A stretch of 62,940 nt of DNA, filler included, from Reclinomonas americana ATCC 50394 (Eukaryota): NCBI GenBank assembly GCA_048213135.1. It is 8 parts of 4 records of this genome, joined end to end, with 100 filler letters (N's around TTAATTAATTAA, not from the genome) between each part and the next. Parts side by side here need not be neighbours in the genome. Positions count along the whole stretch, not along the records: positions 36,484 to 47,763 come from PS015150.1; positions 47,864 to 48,994 come from PS015151.1; positions 49,095 to 57,367 come from PS015151.1; 5 more parts are not named here. The stretch is one strand, 5' to 3'. Shown here one piece after another: positions 39,805 to 52,445 of the stretch. The notes under the pieces are model-generated. The model saw only the letters and a list, made by a program, of their open reading frames with translations, was not told where the DNA came from and ran no database searches. The translations under genes and the position numbers were made by a program. The first letter of the stretch is position 1; each line of letters begins with the position of its first letter.

Positions 39805-41520
39805 ATGGGTGTTGATGGCGACGTGTTTGGTGCGCTGACCATCAGCCCGCCGCTTCCACCCGACTTGGTGGCACTGTTCAATGACTATGTTTAGTGCACG
39901 CTGGCACCTCTTTTCCTCGCTCTCTCGTTCTCTCTCTCTCTCACACACACACACACACCTCGTGTCTCTCTCTTGCAGAGTGGATGGATCCGCAACACGC
40001 TGACGAACACCGATAGGGTCGACATTTGGTTGGTGGATCGCTCCGGAACGCGGCTGTTCTGGCCGGGGATCGAGTTTCGCAATCCGCGTCGTAATGATCG
40101 CGTCAACACACTAGCCGACTACATTCGCTTCTTCTTCGCCCCTTTGGGACGTCTGGTCAGCGGTCGCATCGTCATCATCTGCGACCATGAATATGTGCTC
40201 TGTACGACAGTGTGGGAGAACAAGTGGACAAGTGACGCCAACTACGGTTGCCTCCATGCTGACCCCCACGAGTTGTTTCCCTGTTTCGGGGGGGACCTCG
40301 AAGACGAGTGGAGTAGTGTCGATTCTGAGCCGGACTGCTTCCCCGCACGACAGGTGGAGGAGTATCGTGTGGCGTACTGCCGACGGAACGGGTTGCTGTG
40401 CCATCGCCTGTGGAACGTCTGGCAAGAGTATCTGGACGCGGAGGTGCGAGAGGGTGGCGATGGAAAGCTTGCCGGTGAGGAATTCACGCGCCAGGAGCTG
40501 GCCAAGATGGCGGAGGAGGATGGGTGTTGCGTGTGGTACTGCCGCTGCGCTGAGGTGACGCACGTGTGCAGTCGCTGCTGCTGATCGCCACAGCGTGCGT
40601 TGCTTTGTGCAGATCCGACGAGCATTGATGACTTCGGCTTTTACGTCGCTGACTACAGGGTGGGGCGCGATCCTAATTTGTTGAAGAAGTATCCGTCGCT
40701 GTGGAGCAGCAAGCCATGGGAGCCTGAANNNNNNNNNNNNNNNNNNNNNNNNNNNNNNNNNNNNNNNNNNNNNNNNNNNNNNNNNNNNNNNNNNNNNNNN
40801 NNNNNNNNNNNNNNNNNNNNNNNNNNNNNNNNNNNNNNNNNNNNNNNNNNNNNNNNNNNNNNNNNNNNNNNNNNNNNNNNNNNNNNNNNNNNNNNNNNNN
40901 NNNNNNNNNNNNNNTATATACTCACTGCGCTGCGGGTGGTGATCCACAGACTACTCGTACCTCGTGTGGGAGGTACTCTGCATTCAACACGCCATCGCCG
41001 TTCTCCAACAGATGGCTGACGACCTGGCGGAGGTGTCTGCTGGCGGAGCTGCTGAAATGCTCGCAGGCTCAGTGGGAACTGAGCCGCTGCCACTCATGGT
41101 GTTGCGGTGCTGCCTGAAGGAGGAGGCGGAAGTGGTAGTGCTGCCACGTGCTCGGGCAAGTCTGGTGATGTACGAGCCGCCGCTGTGCGAGGAACCGTTT
41201 GCACTGGACAGGCTGTATCGGGCAGTGGAGCAGCACGACATGTGGCACGCGGACATTGAGCGAGCGTGGTTGCAGCAGCTGGAGAGAATGCATATGCATG
41301 CAGCTGCTGATCATGATGTATGGCAGGATGATTGGGAGTGGGACGACCAGAGACTGCTTAGTAAGGCGCAAGACTATTTTCTTGAGAAGTATCCGCAGGT
41401 GAGTGGTGAGAGCAATGTGGCACGAGGAGCGGCTGTCTCATTCACCGCCTGGTTCAGCACGCGGCAGCGGTGGCGACGATGAAGACGACGACGACGACGA
41501 TGGCGATGATTGATGACTGA
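39805..41520 (+). CDS. Uncharacterised tandem family A, copy 1
   Basis: MGVDGDVFGALTISPPLPPDLVALFN..., YIRFFFAPLGRLVSGRIV, ARQVEEYRVAYCRRNGLLC, EPLPLMVLRCCLKEEAEVVVLPRAR. Conserved with copies 2 and 3, including intron positions. Confidence 0.8.
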
Positions 41521-41796
41521 AGCGATCGGTGCGCGGCTGAGCTGGTCCTCTCTCGACGTCGCATTCGATCGAAGGCTTCCGCGGATTGTAGTATCGAATA
41601 CTGAAATCACTTCGACGTTCTCTTTGCTGGTGGTTGTACACTATGTCGTCGCAGTTGTCGGTCCGGCGATCACTTTACCGTAAGAGAGCGTGACTTCCCA
41701 TGTCCACCATGAACTGCGAGTTGTCCGAGTTGGAATGTCCTCTCTCGTACACCGACTCACACACACCATTGTCAGAGAGAGAGAGGGAAAGAAAAC

Positions 41797-44239
41797 ATGG
41801 GCATGGATGGAGATGTTTCTGGAGCACTGACCATCAGTCCGCCTCTCCCGCCCGACTTGGTGGCACTGTTCAATGACCAGGTGAAGTGCGCGCTTGGTCC
41901 CTGTTCTCCCTCTCCCTCTCCCTCACTCTCCCTCCATCTCTCTCTCTCTCTCTCTCTCTCTGCGCAGGCACGATGGATCCGTCGAACATTGTCGAGTCAG
42001 CTCACGAGTAAACTCGATATGTGGGTGGTAAGCCGCTCAGGAACGCGTCTCGCATGGGANNNNNNNNNNNNNNNNNNNNNNNNNNNNNNNNNNNNNNNNN
42101 NNNNNNNNNNNNNNNNNNNNNNNNNNNNNNNNNNNNNNNNNNNNNNNNNNNNNNNNNNNNNNNNNNNNNNNNNNNNNNNNNNNNNNNNNNNNNNNNNNNN
42201 NNNNNNNNNNNNNNNNNNNNNNNNNNNNNNNNNNNNNNNNNNNNNNNNNNNNNNNNNNNNNNNNNNNNNNNNNNNNNNNNNNNNNNNNNNNNNNNNNNNN
42301 NNNNNNNNNNNNNNNNNNNNNNNNNNNNNNNNNNNNNNNNNNNNNNNNNNNNNNNNNNNNNNNNNNNNNNNNNNNNNNNNNNNNNNNNNNNNNNNNNNNN
42401 NNNNNNNNNNNNNNNNNNNNNNNNNNNNNNNNNNNNNNNNNNNNNNNNNNNNNNNNNNNNNNNNNNNNNNNNNNNNNNNNNNNNNNNNNNNNNNNNNNNN
42501 NNNNNNNNNNNNNNNNNNNNNNNNNNNNNNNNNNNNNNNNNNNNNNNNNNNNNNNNNNNNNNNNNNNNNNNNNNNNNNNNNNNNNNNNNNNNNNNNNNNN
42601 NNNNNNNNNNNNNNNNNNNNNNNNNNNNNNNNNNNNNNNNNNNNNNNNNNNNNNNNNNNNNNNNNNNNNNNNNNNNNNNNNNNNNNNNNNNNNNNNNNNN
42701 NNNNNNNNNNNNNNNNNNNNNNNNNNNNNNNNNNNNNNNNNNNNNNNNNNNNNNNNNNNNNNNNNNNNNNNNNNNNNNNNNNNNNNNNNNNNNNNNNNNN
42801 NNNNNNNNNNNNNNNNNNNNNNNNNNNNNNNNNNNNNNNNNNNNNNNNNNNNNNNNNNNNNNNNNNNNNNNNNNNNNNNNNNNNNNNTGGATATGGAATG
42901 CGCAAGGCGGGATCCAGTCGCTTCCAGCCACTGGTTGATTACATTCGCTTCTTCTTTGCCCCGCTGGGACGCTTGCTCAGTGGCCGCATCGTCGCCCAAC
43001 CCCATGGGTCTGGCATGGCGTGTTGCGCGGAGGTGTGGGAGAACAAGTGGCCAAGTGACTGCCACTACAAAGGCTTCAGTGACGACCCCAAAGACGAGTT
43101 GTTTGACCTGATTGAGCCGGACGACTTCCGTGCACGACAGGTGGAGGAGTACCGCGTGGCGTACTGCCGTCGGAACGGGTTGTTGTGTCGTCGCCTGTGG
43201 AACGTCTGGCATGAGTATCTGGACGTCAAGGTGCGAGAGGATGGTGATGGAGAGCTCGCAGGTGAGGAGTTCACGTGCGAGGAACTGGCCAAGACGGCGG
43301 AGGAGGATGGATGTTGCGTGGCATTTTCTTGAATGTAGCAAAGCAAATCCAGGAGGCGATGCTGACCGGCACAGCGTGTGTGGCTTGGTGCAGATCCGTT
43401 GGACGTTTCCGGATATGGGTTCTGTGATGCATGTCTGGAGAAGTATCCGTCGATGTGGAGCGCCACGTCATGGTATCCTGAAGATGAGATGCCGGAGCAG
43501 GAGAGTTGCGAAGTGGGTTATCACGGGTCACTGTCCGTCAGCAGGCGAACCTGTTGCTGTTGCATGTTGAGTGCCAGAGATGGAGAGGAAGTATGATGAC
43601 CTCGATGTCTTTCTACTCGGTTGTTGAGTCTGATACTGGAAATGATCTCCACACTCACCGCGCTTTGGGTAATCCACAGATTACTCGTACCTCGTGTGGG
43701 AGGTGCTCTGCATTCGACACGCCATTGCCGTTCTCCAGCAGATGGCAGCTGACGACCTGGCGGAGGTGTCTGCTGGCGCCACTGCAGAGATGCTCGCAGG
43801 CTCAGTGGGAACTGAGCCGCTGCCACTCATGGTGTTGCGGTGCTTCCTGAAGGAAGAGGCGGAAGTGGTGGTGTTGCCACGTGCTCGAGCGAGTTTGGCG
43901 ATGTACGAGCCGCCGCTGTGCGAGGAACCGTTTGCACTGGACAGGCTGTATCGGGCAGTGGAGGAGCACGACATGTGGCATGCGGACATTGAGCGAGCAT
44001 GGCTGCAGCAGCTGGAAAAGCTGCATGCGAGTGGTTACGATGACTGGGAAGTCCTTGATACGATACAGAGGAAGTTTCTTGAAGAGTATCCACAGGTGAG
44101 TGGTGAGCGATGCGCCATTTTTTAAAGGAGAAGGCTGCTAATAATCTGTCGCCTGGTTCATGATCAGCACGCGGCAGCGGTGGCGGCGATGGTTCTTGTG
44201 GGCAATGACGACGACGACGACGATGATGATGAAAGATGA
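41797..44239 (+). CDS. Uncharacterised tandem family A, copy 2 (internal gap)
   Basis: Same motifs and exon structure as copy 1; ends VLVGNDDDDDDDDER*. Confidence 0.8.
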
Positions 44240-45119
44240 TTGAAGCAACTGGTTCGCGGTTAAACTGGTCCTCTCTCGACTGCGATCAAGGCTTTCCATG
44301 CAAGAATGGATTATTAATATTGACAACTTCGACGTCGACGTTTTCCTCAGATGCTTGTAGTANNNNNNNNNNNNNNNNNNNNNNNNNNNNNNNNNNNNNN
44401 NNNNNNNNNNNNNNNNNNNNNNNNNNNNNNNNNNNNNNNNNNNNNNNNNNNNNNNNNNNNNNNNNNNNNNNNNNNNNNNNNNNNNNNNNNNNNNNNNNNN
44501 NNNNNNNNNNNNNNNNNNNNNNNNNNNNNNNNNNNNNNNNNNNNNNNNNNNNNNNNNNNNNNNNNNNNNNNNNNNNNNNNNNNNNNNNNNNNNNNNNNNN
44601 NNNNNNNNNNNNNNNNNNNNNNNNNNNNNNNNNNNNNNNNNNNNNNNNNNNNNNNNNNNNNNNNNNNNNNNNNNNNNNNNNNNNNNNNNNNNNNNNNNNN
44701 NNNNNNNNNNNNNNNNNNNNNNNNNNNNNNNNNNNNNNNNNNNNNNNNNNNNNNNNNNNNNNNNNNNNNNNNNNNNNNNNNNNNNNNNNNNNNNNNNNNN
44801 NNNNNNNNNNNNNNNNNNNNNNNNNNNNNNNNNNNNNNNNNNNNNNNNNNNNNNNNNNNNNNNNNNNNNNNNNNNNNNNNNNNNNNNNNNNNNNNNNNNN
44901 NNNNNNNNNNNNNNNNNNNNNNNNNNNNNNNNNNNNNNNNNNNNNNNNNNNNNNTTTGCACGCGGCCGTCGCAGTTGTCGGTCCGGCGTTGACTTCATTG
45001 TAAGAAAGCTAGTCCCACACAATGTGGGAGTGCTTGACCTCCCATGTCGTCCGCCACATATCGTTCTGACGACTTCACGTGTCCACGTTCGGTGGTGATC
45101 ATCGCACACTTTTCTTCAT

Positions 45120-45163
<44 letters not shown>

Positions 45164-45181
45164 GAGAGAGAGAGAGAGAGC

Positions 45182-47060
45182 ATGGGTGTCGATGCGAATG
45201 TGTTTGGTGCGCTGACCATCAGCCCACCACTTCCACCAGACTTGGTGGCACTCTTCAACGCTCGAGTTGAGTGCTCACGTGATCTGTCATCCTCTCTCTC
45301 TCCCTCCTCCCCCCCTCCCGCTGTCTTCACGCGTCGTGACTCTCTCTTTCAATCCATCTCTTGCAGGCAGGATGGATTCGCACCGCGCTGTCGGACCAGC
45401 CTCCTTATCGCGAGTTCGACGAGTGGTTAGTGGACCGCTCAGGAACGCGTCTCTTCTGGCCCGGCAACATCAGCATGCGCAAACCNNNNNNNNNNNNNNN
45501 NNNNNNNNNNNNNNNNNNNNNNNNNNNNNNNNNNNNNNNNNNNNNNNNNNNNNNNNNNNNNNNNNNNNNNNNNNNNNNNNNNNNNNNNNNNNNNNNNNNN
45601 NNNNNNNNNNNNNNNNNNNNNNNNNNNNNNNNNNNNNNNNNNNNNNNNNNNNNNNNNNNGTGTCCGTGGCGCTTCAGACCACTGGTCAACTACATTCGCT
45701 TCTTCTTTGCCCCACTGGGTCGCTTGGTCAGTGGTCGCATCGTCGTCCAACCCGACAGCTACGAGTCTGGCTCGGCATACTGTGCGACAGTGTGGGAGAA
45801 CAAGTGGCCGAGAGACGACCACTACGAAGACCTCGCTGACGTCGACTACCCTGAGCCCCGAGACGACGAGCTTAATCTGATTGATTGGGACGACTTCCGT
45901 GCACGGCAAATGGAGGAGTATCGCGTGGCGTACTGCCGACGGAATGGGTTGTTGTGTCGTCGCCTGTGGAACGTCTGGCAAGAGTATTTGGACGCCAAAG
46001 TGCGAGAGGGTGATGATGATGATGAAGAGCTTCCCGGTGAAGAGTTCACGTGCGAGGAGCTGGTCGAGATGGCAGAGGAGGATGGATGTTGCGTGTCATG
46101 TTGGTTGTGGCGAGGCAGATGTGTTGTACATATTTGCTGATCGACACGGTCTGTGGCTTGTACAGATCCGACGCATGTTTATGATTTTGCCGTAGATGTT
46201 GACGATGAAGAGCTGTTGGGCAAGTATCCGTCGCTGTGGAGCGCCCAGTTATGGGGGCCTGAGGATGAGATGCCGGAGCAGGAGAGTTGCGAAGTGGGAT
46301 ATCACAGCTGTACAGACTACTGTTCGTGAGCAGACGATCTTCTTGCTGTTGTTTGTTGAGGAAAGTGTGAGAAATGGAGAGGAAAGATGGTGGCAGCGAT
46401 GCCCTTTTCATCAGTTGCTGAGTCCGATACTGATCAGAGATACTCACTGCACTGCTGATGATGCGCAGATTACTCGTACCTCGTGTGGGAGGTGCTTTGC
46501 ATTCGACACACCATTGCCGTTCTCCAGCAGATGGCTGACGACGTGCCAGAGGTGTCGGCGGGCGCAGCTGCAGAGATGCCCGCAAGCTCAGTGGGCGCTG
46601 AGCCGCTGCCACTCATGGTGTTGCGGTGCTTCTTGAAGGAGGAGGCGGAGATGGTGGTGCTGCCACGTGCTCGAGCGAGTCTGGTGATGTACGAGCCGCC
46701 GCTGTGCGAGGAGCCATTTGCACTGGACAGGCTGTATCGGGCAGTGGAGCAGCACGACATGTGGCACGCAGACATTGAGCGAGCGTGGTTGCTGCAGCTG
46801 GAACGGTTGCGCGCAGCTGGTAGTGATGATTGGGAGGACCGAAGGCTGCTTGAAGCGATGCAAGTGAATTTCCTCGCCGAGCATCCGCAGGTGAGTGGTG
46901 TAGATCTACTGTGTATGTGTAAACAAATCAGATGCTAACGACCAATCGCCGGGTGTAGTACACAAAGGCAAAGCGCGCTGAGTTTTGGCTGGGTGAGGGC
47001 GTGATGGTGGAGGCGGTGGCGGAGGTGGAGGAGGACGATGACGACGATGATGAAAGGTGA
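45182..47060 (+). CDS. Uncharacterised tandem family A, copy 3 (internal gap)
   Basis: Same motifs and exon structure; ends EVEEDDDDDDER*. Confidence 0.8.
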
Positions 47061-47079
47061 TTGAAGGCGATATGTGCGC

Positions 47080-47560
47080 TAGTTGCAGCTCTCGACGGCT
47101 TCTCTCGCGGCAGTGAGCATTTTCAGTTCGTAGATTCTGGGACGCCGTCGTCTCTGGTGCTCACTCAGATGGTGATTATCATGATTTGGGCGAAGAACGA
47201 GCAAAGTGCAGCTGTGCCGGCAGCTGTTTGTTGTCGTTGCATCGTTGTGAAATTGCCGAAGCTCAGAGATCAAGGGTCAAGGGGCTGCCATTCAAGCTCG
47301 GAGGTGTCGTCATTTGATTTCTGGATAGACTGATGATGGACATCCGCACAGTTGCTCCAATGTGTTCTGACACCACACCTCTTGCTATCTTTCTGCATTC
47401 CGTTTTGGAATTCGGCGTCAAATCCATGCTTGTCACGGGCCGTGGTTTCAAACTTCTCTTGCAGAAACGCCAGCATTTGCCATCTCGAGTTTTTCTCGTT
47501 TTTTTCGTGATGTCTGAGTTTCTGGTGATCACTCAAGATGGTGATCATTTTCTCACTGTG
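47080..47560 (-). pseudogene. Possible decayed hAT-like transposase fragment
   Basis: CGVRTHWSN (cf. DVxTRWNS) followed, across a frameshift, by ELEWQPLDP/LISELRQFHNDATTTNSCRHSCTLLVLRP (cf. EW..L..L...L.PF..AT...S....T). By-eye similarity only. Confidence 0.3.
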
Positions 47561-47863
47561 CGGCCACCGGTCAGTGGCTGTTGAAATCACTGCTGCGACA
47601 ACAATGACAACAACAACAACAACAACAACAACAACTGCGCCGACCGCCAGCCACCACCGATATGAGCCTCACCAACAACATGACAAGCTCTCTTGTGTGT
47701 TTCAACCACGTCACACCACCACTGTTTGCTTTTGCTTTGCTTGCTTCACGGATCCGGACGTCGNNNNNNNNNNNNNNNNNNNNNNNNNNNNNNNNNNNNN
47801 NNNNNNNTTAATTAATTAANNNNNNNNNNNNNNNNNNNNNNNNNNNNNNNNNNNNNNNNNNNN

Positions 47864-48166
47864 ATCCAACCGTCTCACTCCTTCTCCACTCTCCAGTGAC
47901 CACACTCGCACTGTGTTGTCAGAACTCCCACTCACGATGTGCTGGCCATCGGGAGTGACGGCAACAGAGTTCACATAACCCACGTGTCCCTTCAATCGTC
48001 GTACCTCAGCTCCAGTCGTCAGAGACCACACTCGCACTGTCTTGTCCCCACTTCCAGAGACGATGTGACGACAGTCGGGAGTGATGGCGACACATGTCAC
48101 AGGGCGAGTGTGACCAGTGATGCGCTTGGAGGGGAGGAGAGTGAGGGGAAAGGGAGTGGTGGACAT
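47864..48166 (-). CDS. WD40 tandem family, copy W1 (5' part only)
   Basis: [49 protein letters not shown]...; truncated by the contig end. Confidence 0.85.
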
Positions 48167-48299
48167 GAGGGATGTAGAGAAGAGAGCAGGGGGCAGAGAG
48201 AGAGAGAGAGAGAGAGAGGAGCAGGGAGGCAACAATCAGCGCGCCGGTCGTCGGGGTGTGTGTAGTGCGTGTGGCCCGCGTGTGACAAGAAGCGGGACC

Positions 48300-48440
48300 A
48301 GGACGATGGTCGACTTCGTCTTCCTCGCACACCACGCCCAGTCTTACCACAACGAACAGCAGCCTTGCCTTCGCTCATGTTGAATGCAGGTGCGTCAACC
48401 AGGTGCACAACATTCACTCTGGCTCATTACAAAAACATGA
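48300..48440 (-). promoter_or_regulatory. Conserved intergenic block upstream of each WD40 copy (also ~49360-49490, 51620-51708 with 52333-52385, ~53690-53740, 55985-56084 with 56354-56392)
   Basis: Plus-strand acttcgtc...ccacgccc.gtcttaccac.acgaacagcagccttgccttcgctca.gt.gaatgcaggtgcg.caaccaggtgc is shared between copies. A regulatory role is inferred from position only. Confidence 0.5.
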
Positions 48441-48475
48441 ATCAACATAACATCTAGCAATTGCTTCTCTTACTC

Positions 48476-48994
48476 TCACAAATGCGACTCCGGATCCATG
48501 CTGCGCCGGTGGAGAATAACCGCCGCCTCCTCCAAAATGAAGCAGCGCAGCACCATCTCTGGCAGGCACCGCGAATCCGGCTCTTCATCCACGACAGCTC
48601 CTCGCAGCATCTCCTGCACAGCCCGCATCGCCGCCCGTGCTGTATCAAGCTCAAACGCAGCGAGACCGCAGGGAGTGGACCACACTCGCAAAGTATTGTC
48701 ATAACCACCACTCACGACATGACAACCATCGGGAGACACGGCAACGGAGCCCACATATCCATCGTGGCCCTCCAGCTGTCGCACCTCTCCCCCACTTGCC
48801 AGTGACCACACTCGCACAATCGAGTCAACCCCGTCGCCTCCACTTACAACGTGCTCACCGTCAGGGGTGACGGAGACGAATAACAGGTTCTGAGTGTGTC
48901 CATCAAACCGTCGCACTTCTTCTCCTGTCGCCATTGACCACACCCTCACAGTCTCGTCTCCACTGCAACTCACAATGTGCTGACCATTGGGTGT
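48476..48994 (-). CDS. WD40 tandem family, copy W2 (3' part with conserved C-terminal module)
   Basis: Last blades, then STPCGLAAFELDTARAAMRAVQEM...CLPEMVLRCFILEEAAVILHRRSMDPESHL*. Confidence 0.9.
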   Translation of the reverse strand, partial: TPNGQHIVSCSGDETVRVWSMATGEEVRRFDGHTQNLLFVSVTPDGEHVVSGGDGVDSIVRVWSLASGGEVRQLEGHDGYVGSVAVSPDGCHVVSGGYDNTLRVWSTPCGLAAFELDTARAAMRAVQEMLRGAVVDEEPDSRCLPEMVLRCFILEEAAVILHRRSMDPESHL

Positions 48995-49094
48995 NNNNNN
49001 NNNNNNNNNNNNNNNNNNNNNNNNNNNNNNNNNNNNNNTTAATTAATTAANNNNNNNNNNNNNNNNNNNNNNNNNNNNNNNNNNNNNNNNNNNN

Positions 49095-49249
49095 GCTCCA
49101 GTTGCCAAAGACCACACCCGCACTGTCTTGTCTGTGCTCCCAGATACGATGTGCTGACCATCGGGAGTGACGGCGACACACGTCACAGGGCCCGTGTGAC
49201 CAGTGATGCAGTAGGAGGGAAGGAGGAGGGGAGAGGGAGAGCAGGACAT
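49095..49249 (-). CDS. WD40 tandem family, copy W3 (5' part; may be the N-terminus of W2)
   Basis: [51 protein letters not shown]. Confidence 0.8.
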
Positions 49250-49554
49250 GAGGAAGGGAGGGGAGGGAGACCAGAAGGCAGAGAAGAAGAGAGAGAGGCA
49301 AGTCAACTCTGCGGTGTGTGCGGAACGGTTGGTCAAGTCAGTCAATACTCGGGACGAGGACGATGGTTGACTTCGTCTTCCTCGCACACCCACACCCTGT
49401 TTTACCACGACGAACAGCCTTGCCTTCGCTCACGTAGAATGCAGGTGCGCCAACCAGGTGCGCAACATTCACTTTGGCTCATCACAAAAAACACGAACCG
49501 ACAAACAAAAGGCAACTCTTTGACTCTCTGTCTCTCTCATCCCTCTCTCAGCTT

Positions 49555-51493
49555 TCACAAGTGCGACTCCGGGTCCACGCTGCGCCGATGTAGAACTACC
49601 GCCGCCTCCTCCACAATGAAGCAGCGCAGCACCATCTCTGGCAGGCACCGCGAATCCGATTCTTCATCTTCGTCAGCCACGGCTTCCCGCTGCATCTCCT
49701 GCACGGCCCGCATCGCCGCTCGTGCTGTATCGAGCTCGAAAGCAGCAAGGCCACAAGGAGTGGACCACACTCGTACAGTCCTGTCATGACCAACGCTCAC
49801 AACATGCCGACCATCGGGAGTCACGGCAACAGAGCCCACATATCCAGCGTGTCCCTTCAACTGTCGCACCTCTCTTCCACTGGCCAATGACCACAGTCGC
49901 ACAATCGGGTCAGCAGCATTGCCTCCACTTACAACGTGCTCACCGTCGGGGGTGACGGAGGCGAATAACAGGTTCTGAGTGTGTCCATCAAACCGCTGCA
50001 CTTCTTCTCCTGTCGCCATTGACCACACTCTCACAGTCTTGTCTAAGCTGCAACTCACAATGTGCTGGCCATTGGGTGTAACGGCAACCGACCACAGCCA
50101 ACTTCTATGCCCGTCCATCCAGCGCACTTCTGCACCATTCTCCAGTGACCACACCCGCACAGTCTTGTCATTGCTTCCGCTGACAACGTGGAGACCATCC
50201 GGCGGGATGGCGACAGAGTTCACTCCCCCAGTGTGCCCCTCCATTCGTCGCACCTCCTCTCCACTCTCCAGTGACCACACGAGCACAGTTTTGTCCTCAC
50301 TTCCACTCACAACGAGCTGACCGTCGGGAGTGATGGCGACAGATTCCACTTGCTTAGTGTGGCCCCTCAACAGATGCACTCCTTCTCCACTCTTCAGTGA
50401 CCACACTCGCACTGTGTAGTCAGAACTGCCACTCACGATGTGCTGGCCATTGGGAGTGACAGCAACAGAGTTCACATAACCCTCATGTCCCTTCAGTCGT
50501 CGCACCTCAGCTCCAGTCACCAGAGACCACACTCGCACTGTGCAGTCTGTACTCCCAGATNNNNNNNNNNNNNNNNNNNNNNNNNNNNNNNNNNNNNNNN
50601 NNNNNNNNNNNNNNNNNNNNNNNNNNNNNNNNNNNNNNNNNNNNNNNNNNNNNNNNNNNNNNNNNNNNNNNNNNNNNNNNNNNNNNNNNNNNNNNNNNNN
50701 NNNNNNNNNNNNNNNNNNNNNNNNNNNNNNNNNNNNNNNNNNNNNNNNNNNNNNNNNNNNNNNNNNNNNNNNNNNNNNNNNNNNNNNNNNNNNNNNNNNN
50801 NNNNNNNNNNNNNNNNNNNNNNNNNNNNNNNNNNNNNNNNNNNNNNNNNNNNNNNNNNNNNNNNNNNNNNNNNNNNNNNNNNNNNNNNNNNNNNNNNNNN
50901 NNNNNNNNNNNNNNNNNNNNNNNNNNNNNNNNNNNNNNNNNNNNNNNNNNNNNNNNNNNNNNNNNNNNNNNNNNNNNNNNNNNNNNNNNNNNNNNNNNNN
51001 NNNNNNNNNNNNNNNNNNNNNNNNNNNNNNNNNNNNNNNNNNNNNNNNNNNNNNNNNNNNNNNNNNNNNNNNNNNNNNNNNNNNNNNNNNNNNNNNNNNN
51101 NNNNNNNNNNNNNNNNNNNNNNNNNNNNNNNNNNNNNNNNNNNNNNNNNNNNNNNNNNNNNNNNNNNNNNNNNNNNNNNNNNNNNNNNNNNNNNNNNNNN
51201 NNNNNNNNNNNNNNNNNNNNNNNNNNNNNNNNNNNNNNNNNNNNNNNNNNNNNNNNNNNNNNNNNNNNNNNNNNNNNNNNNNNNNNNNNNNNNNNNNNNN
51301 NNNNNNNNNNNNNNNNNNNNNNNNNNNNNNNNNNNNNNNNNNNNNNNNNNNNNNNNNNNNNNNNNNNNNNNNNNNNNNNNNNNNNNNNNACGATGTGCTC
51401 ACCATCGGGAGTGACGGCGACACACGTCACAGGGCCCGTGTGACCAGTGATGCACTTGGAGAAAAAGAGAAGGGGAGAGGGTGACAGGGACAT
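49555..51493 (-). CDS. WD40 tandem family, copy W4 (internal gap)
   Basis: Seven visible GH...VWS blades plus the C-terminal module; no introns seen. Confidence 0.9.
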
Positions 51494-52445
51494 GATCAGG
51501 GGAGAGAGGAGATCAGGGAGCAGGGAGAGAGAGAGAGAGAGAGAGAGAGTGAGAGGAGTGAGGGTCAACAATCACGTATGTGTGCGCGACTCATTCGTGT
51601 TTGAAGACGCCGGACCAGGACGCCGATGGTTAACTTCGTCATCCAAGCAAACCACGCCCTGTCTTATCACGACGAACAGCAGCCTTGCCTTCGCTCATGT
51701 CGAATGCATNNNNNNNNNNNNNNNNNNNNNNNNNNNNNNNNNNNNNNNNNNNNNNNNNNNNNNNNNNNNNNNNNNNNNNNNNNNNNNNNNNNNNNNNNNN
51801 NNNNNNNNNNNNNNNNNNNNNNNNNNNNNNNNNNNNNNNNNNNNNNNNNNNNNNNNNNNNNNNNNNNNNNNNNNNNNNNNNNNNNNNNNNNNNNNNNNNN
51901 NNNNNNNNNNNNNNNNNNNNNNNNNNNNNNNNNNNNNNNNNNNNNNNNNNNNNNNNNNNNNNNNNNNNNNNNNNNNNNNNNNNNNNNNNNNNNNNNNNNN
52001 NNNNNNNNNNNNNNNNNNNNNNNNNNNNNNNNNNNNNNNNNNNNNNNNNNNNNNNNNNNNNNNNNNNNNNNNNNNNNNNNNNNNNNNNNNNNNNNNNNNN
52101 NNNNNNNNNNNNNNNNNNNNNNNNNNNNNNNNNNNNNNNNNNNNNNNNNNNNNNNNNNNNNNNNNNNNNNNNNNNNNNNNNNNNNNNNNNNNNNNNNNNN
52201 NNNNNNNNNNNNNNNNNNNNNNNNNNNNNNNNNNNNNNNNNNNNNNNNNNNNNNNNNNNNNNNNNNNNNNNNNNNNNNNNNNNNNNNNNNNNNNNNNNNN
52301 NNNNNNNNNNNNNNNNNNNNNNNNNNNNNNNNGCGCAGGTGCGCCAACCAGGTGCATATCATTCACTTCAGCTCGTCACAAAACCAACAAAACAATAACA
52401 TGCAATCAAACAATTTCGTTGTCTCACTCTCATCCCTCCCATTAT

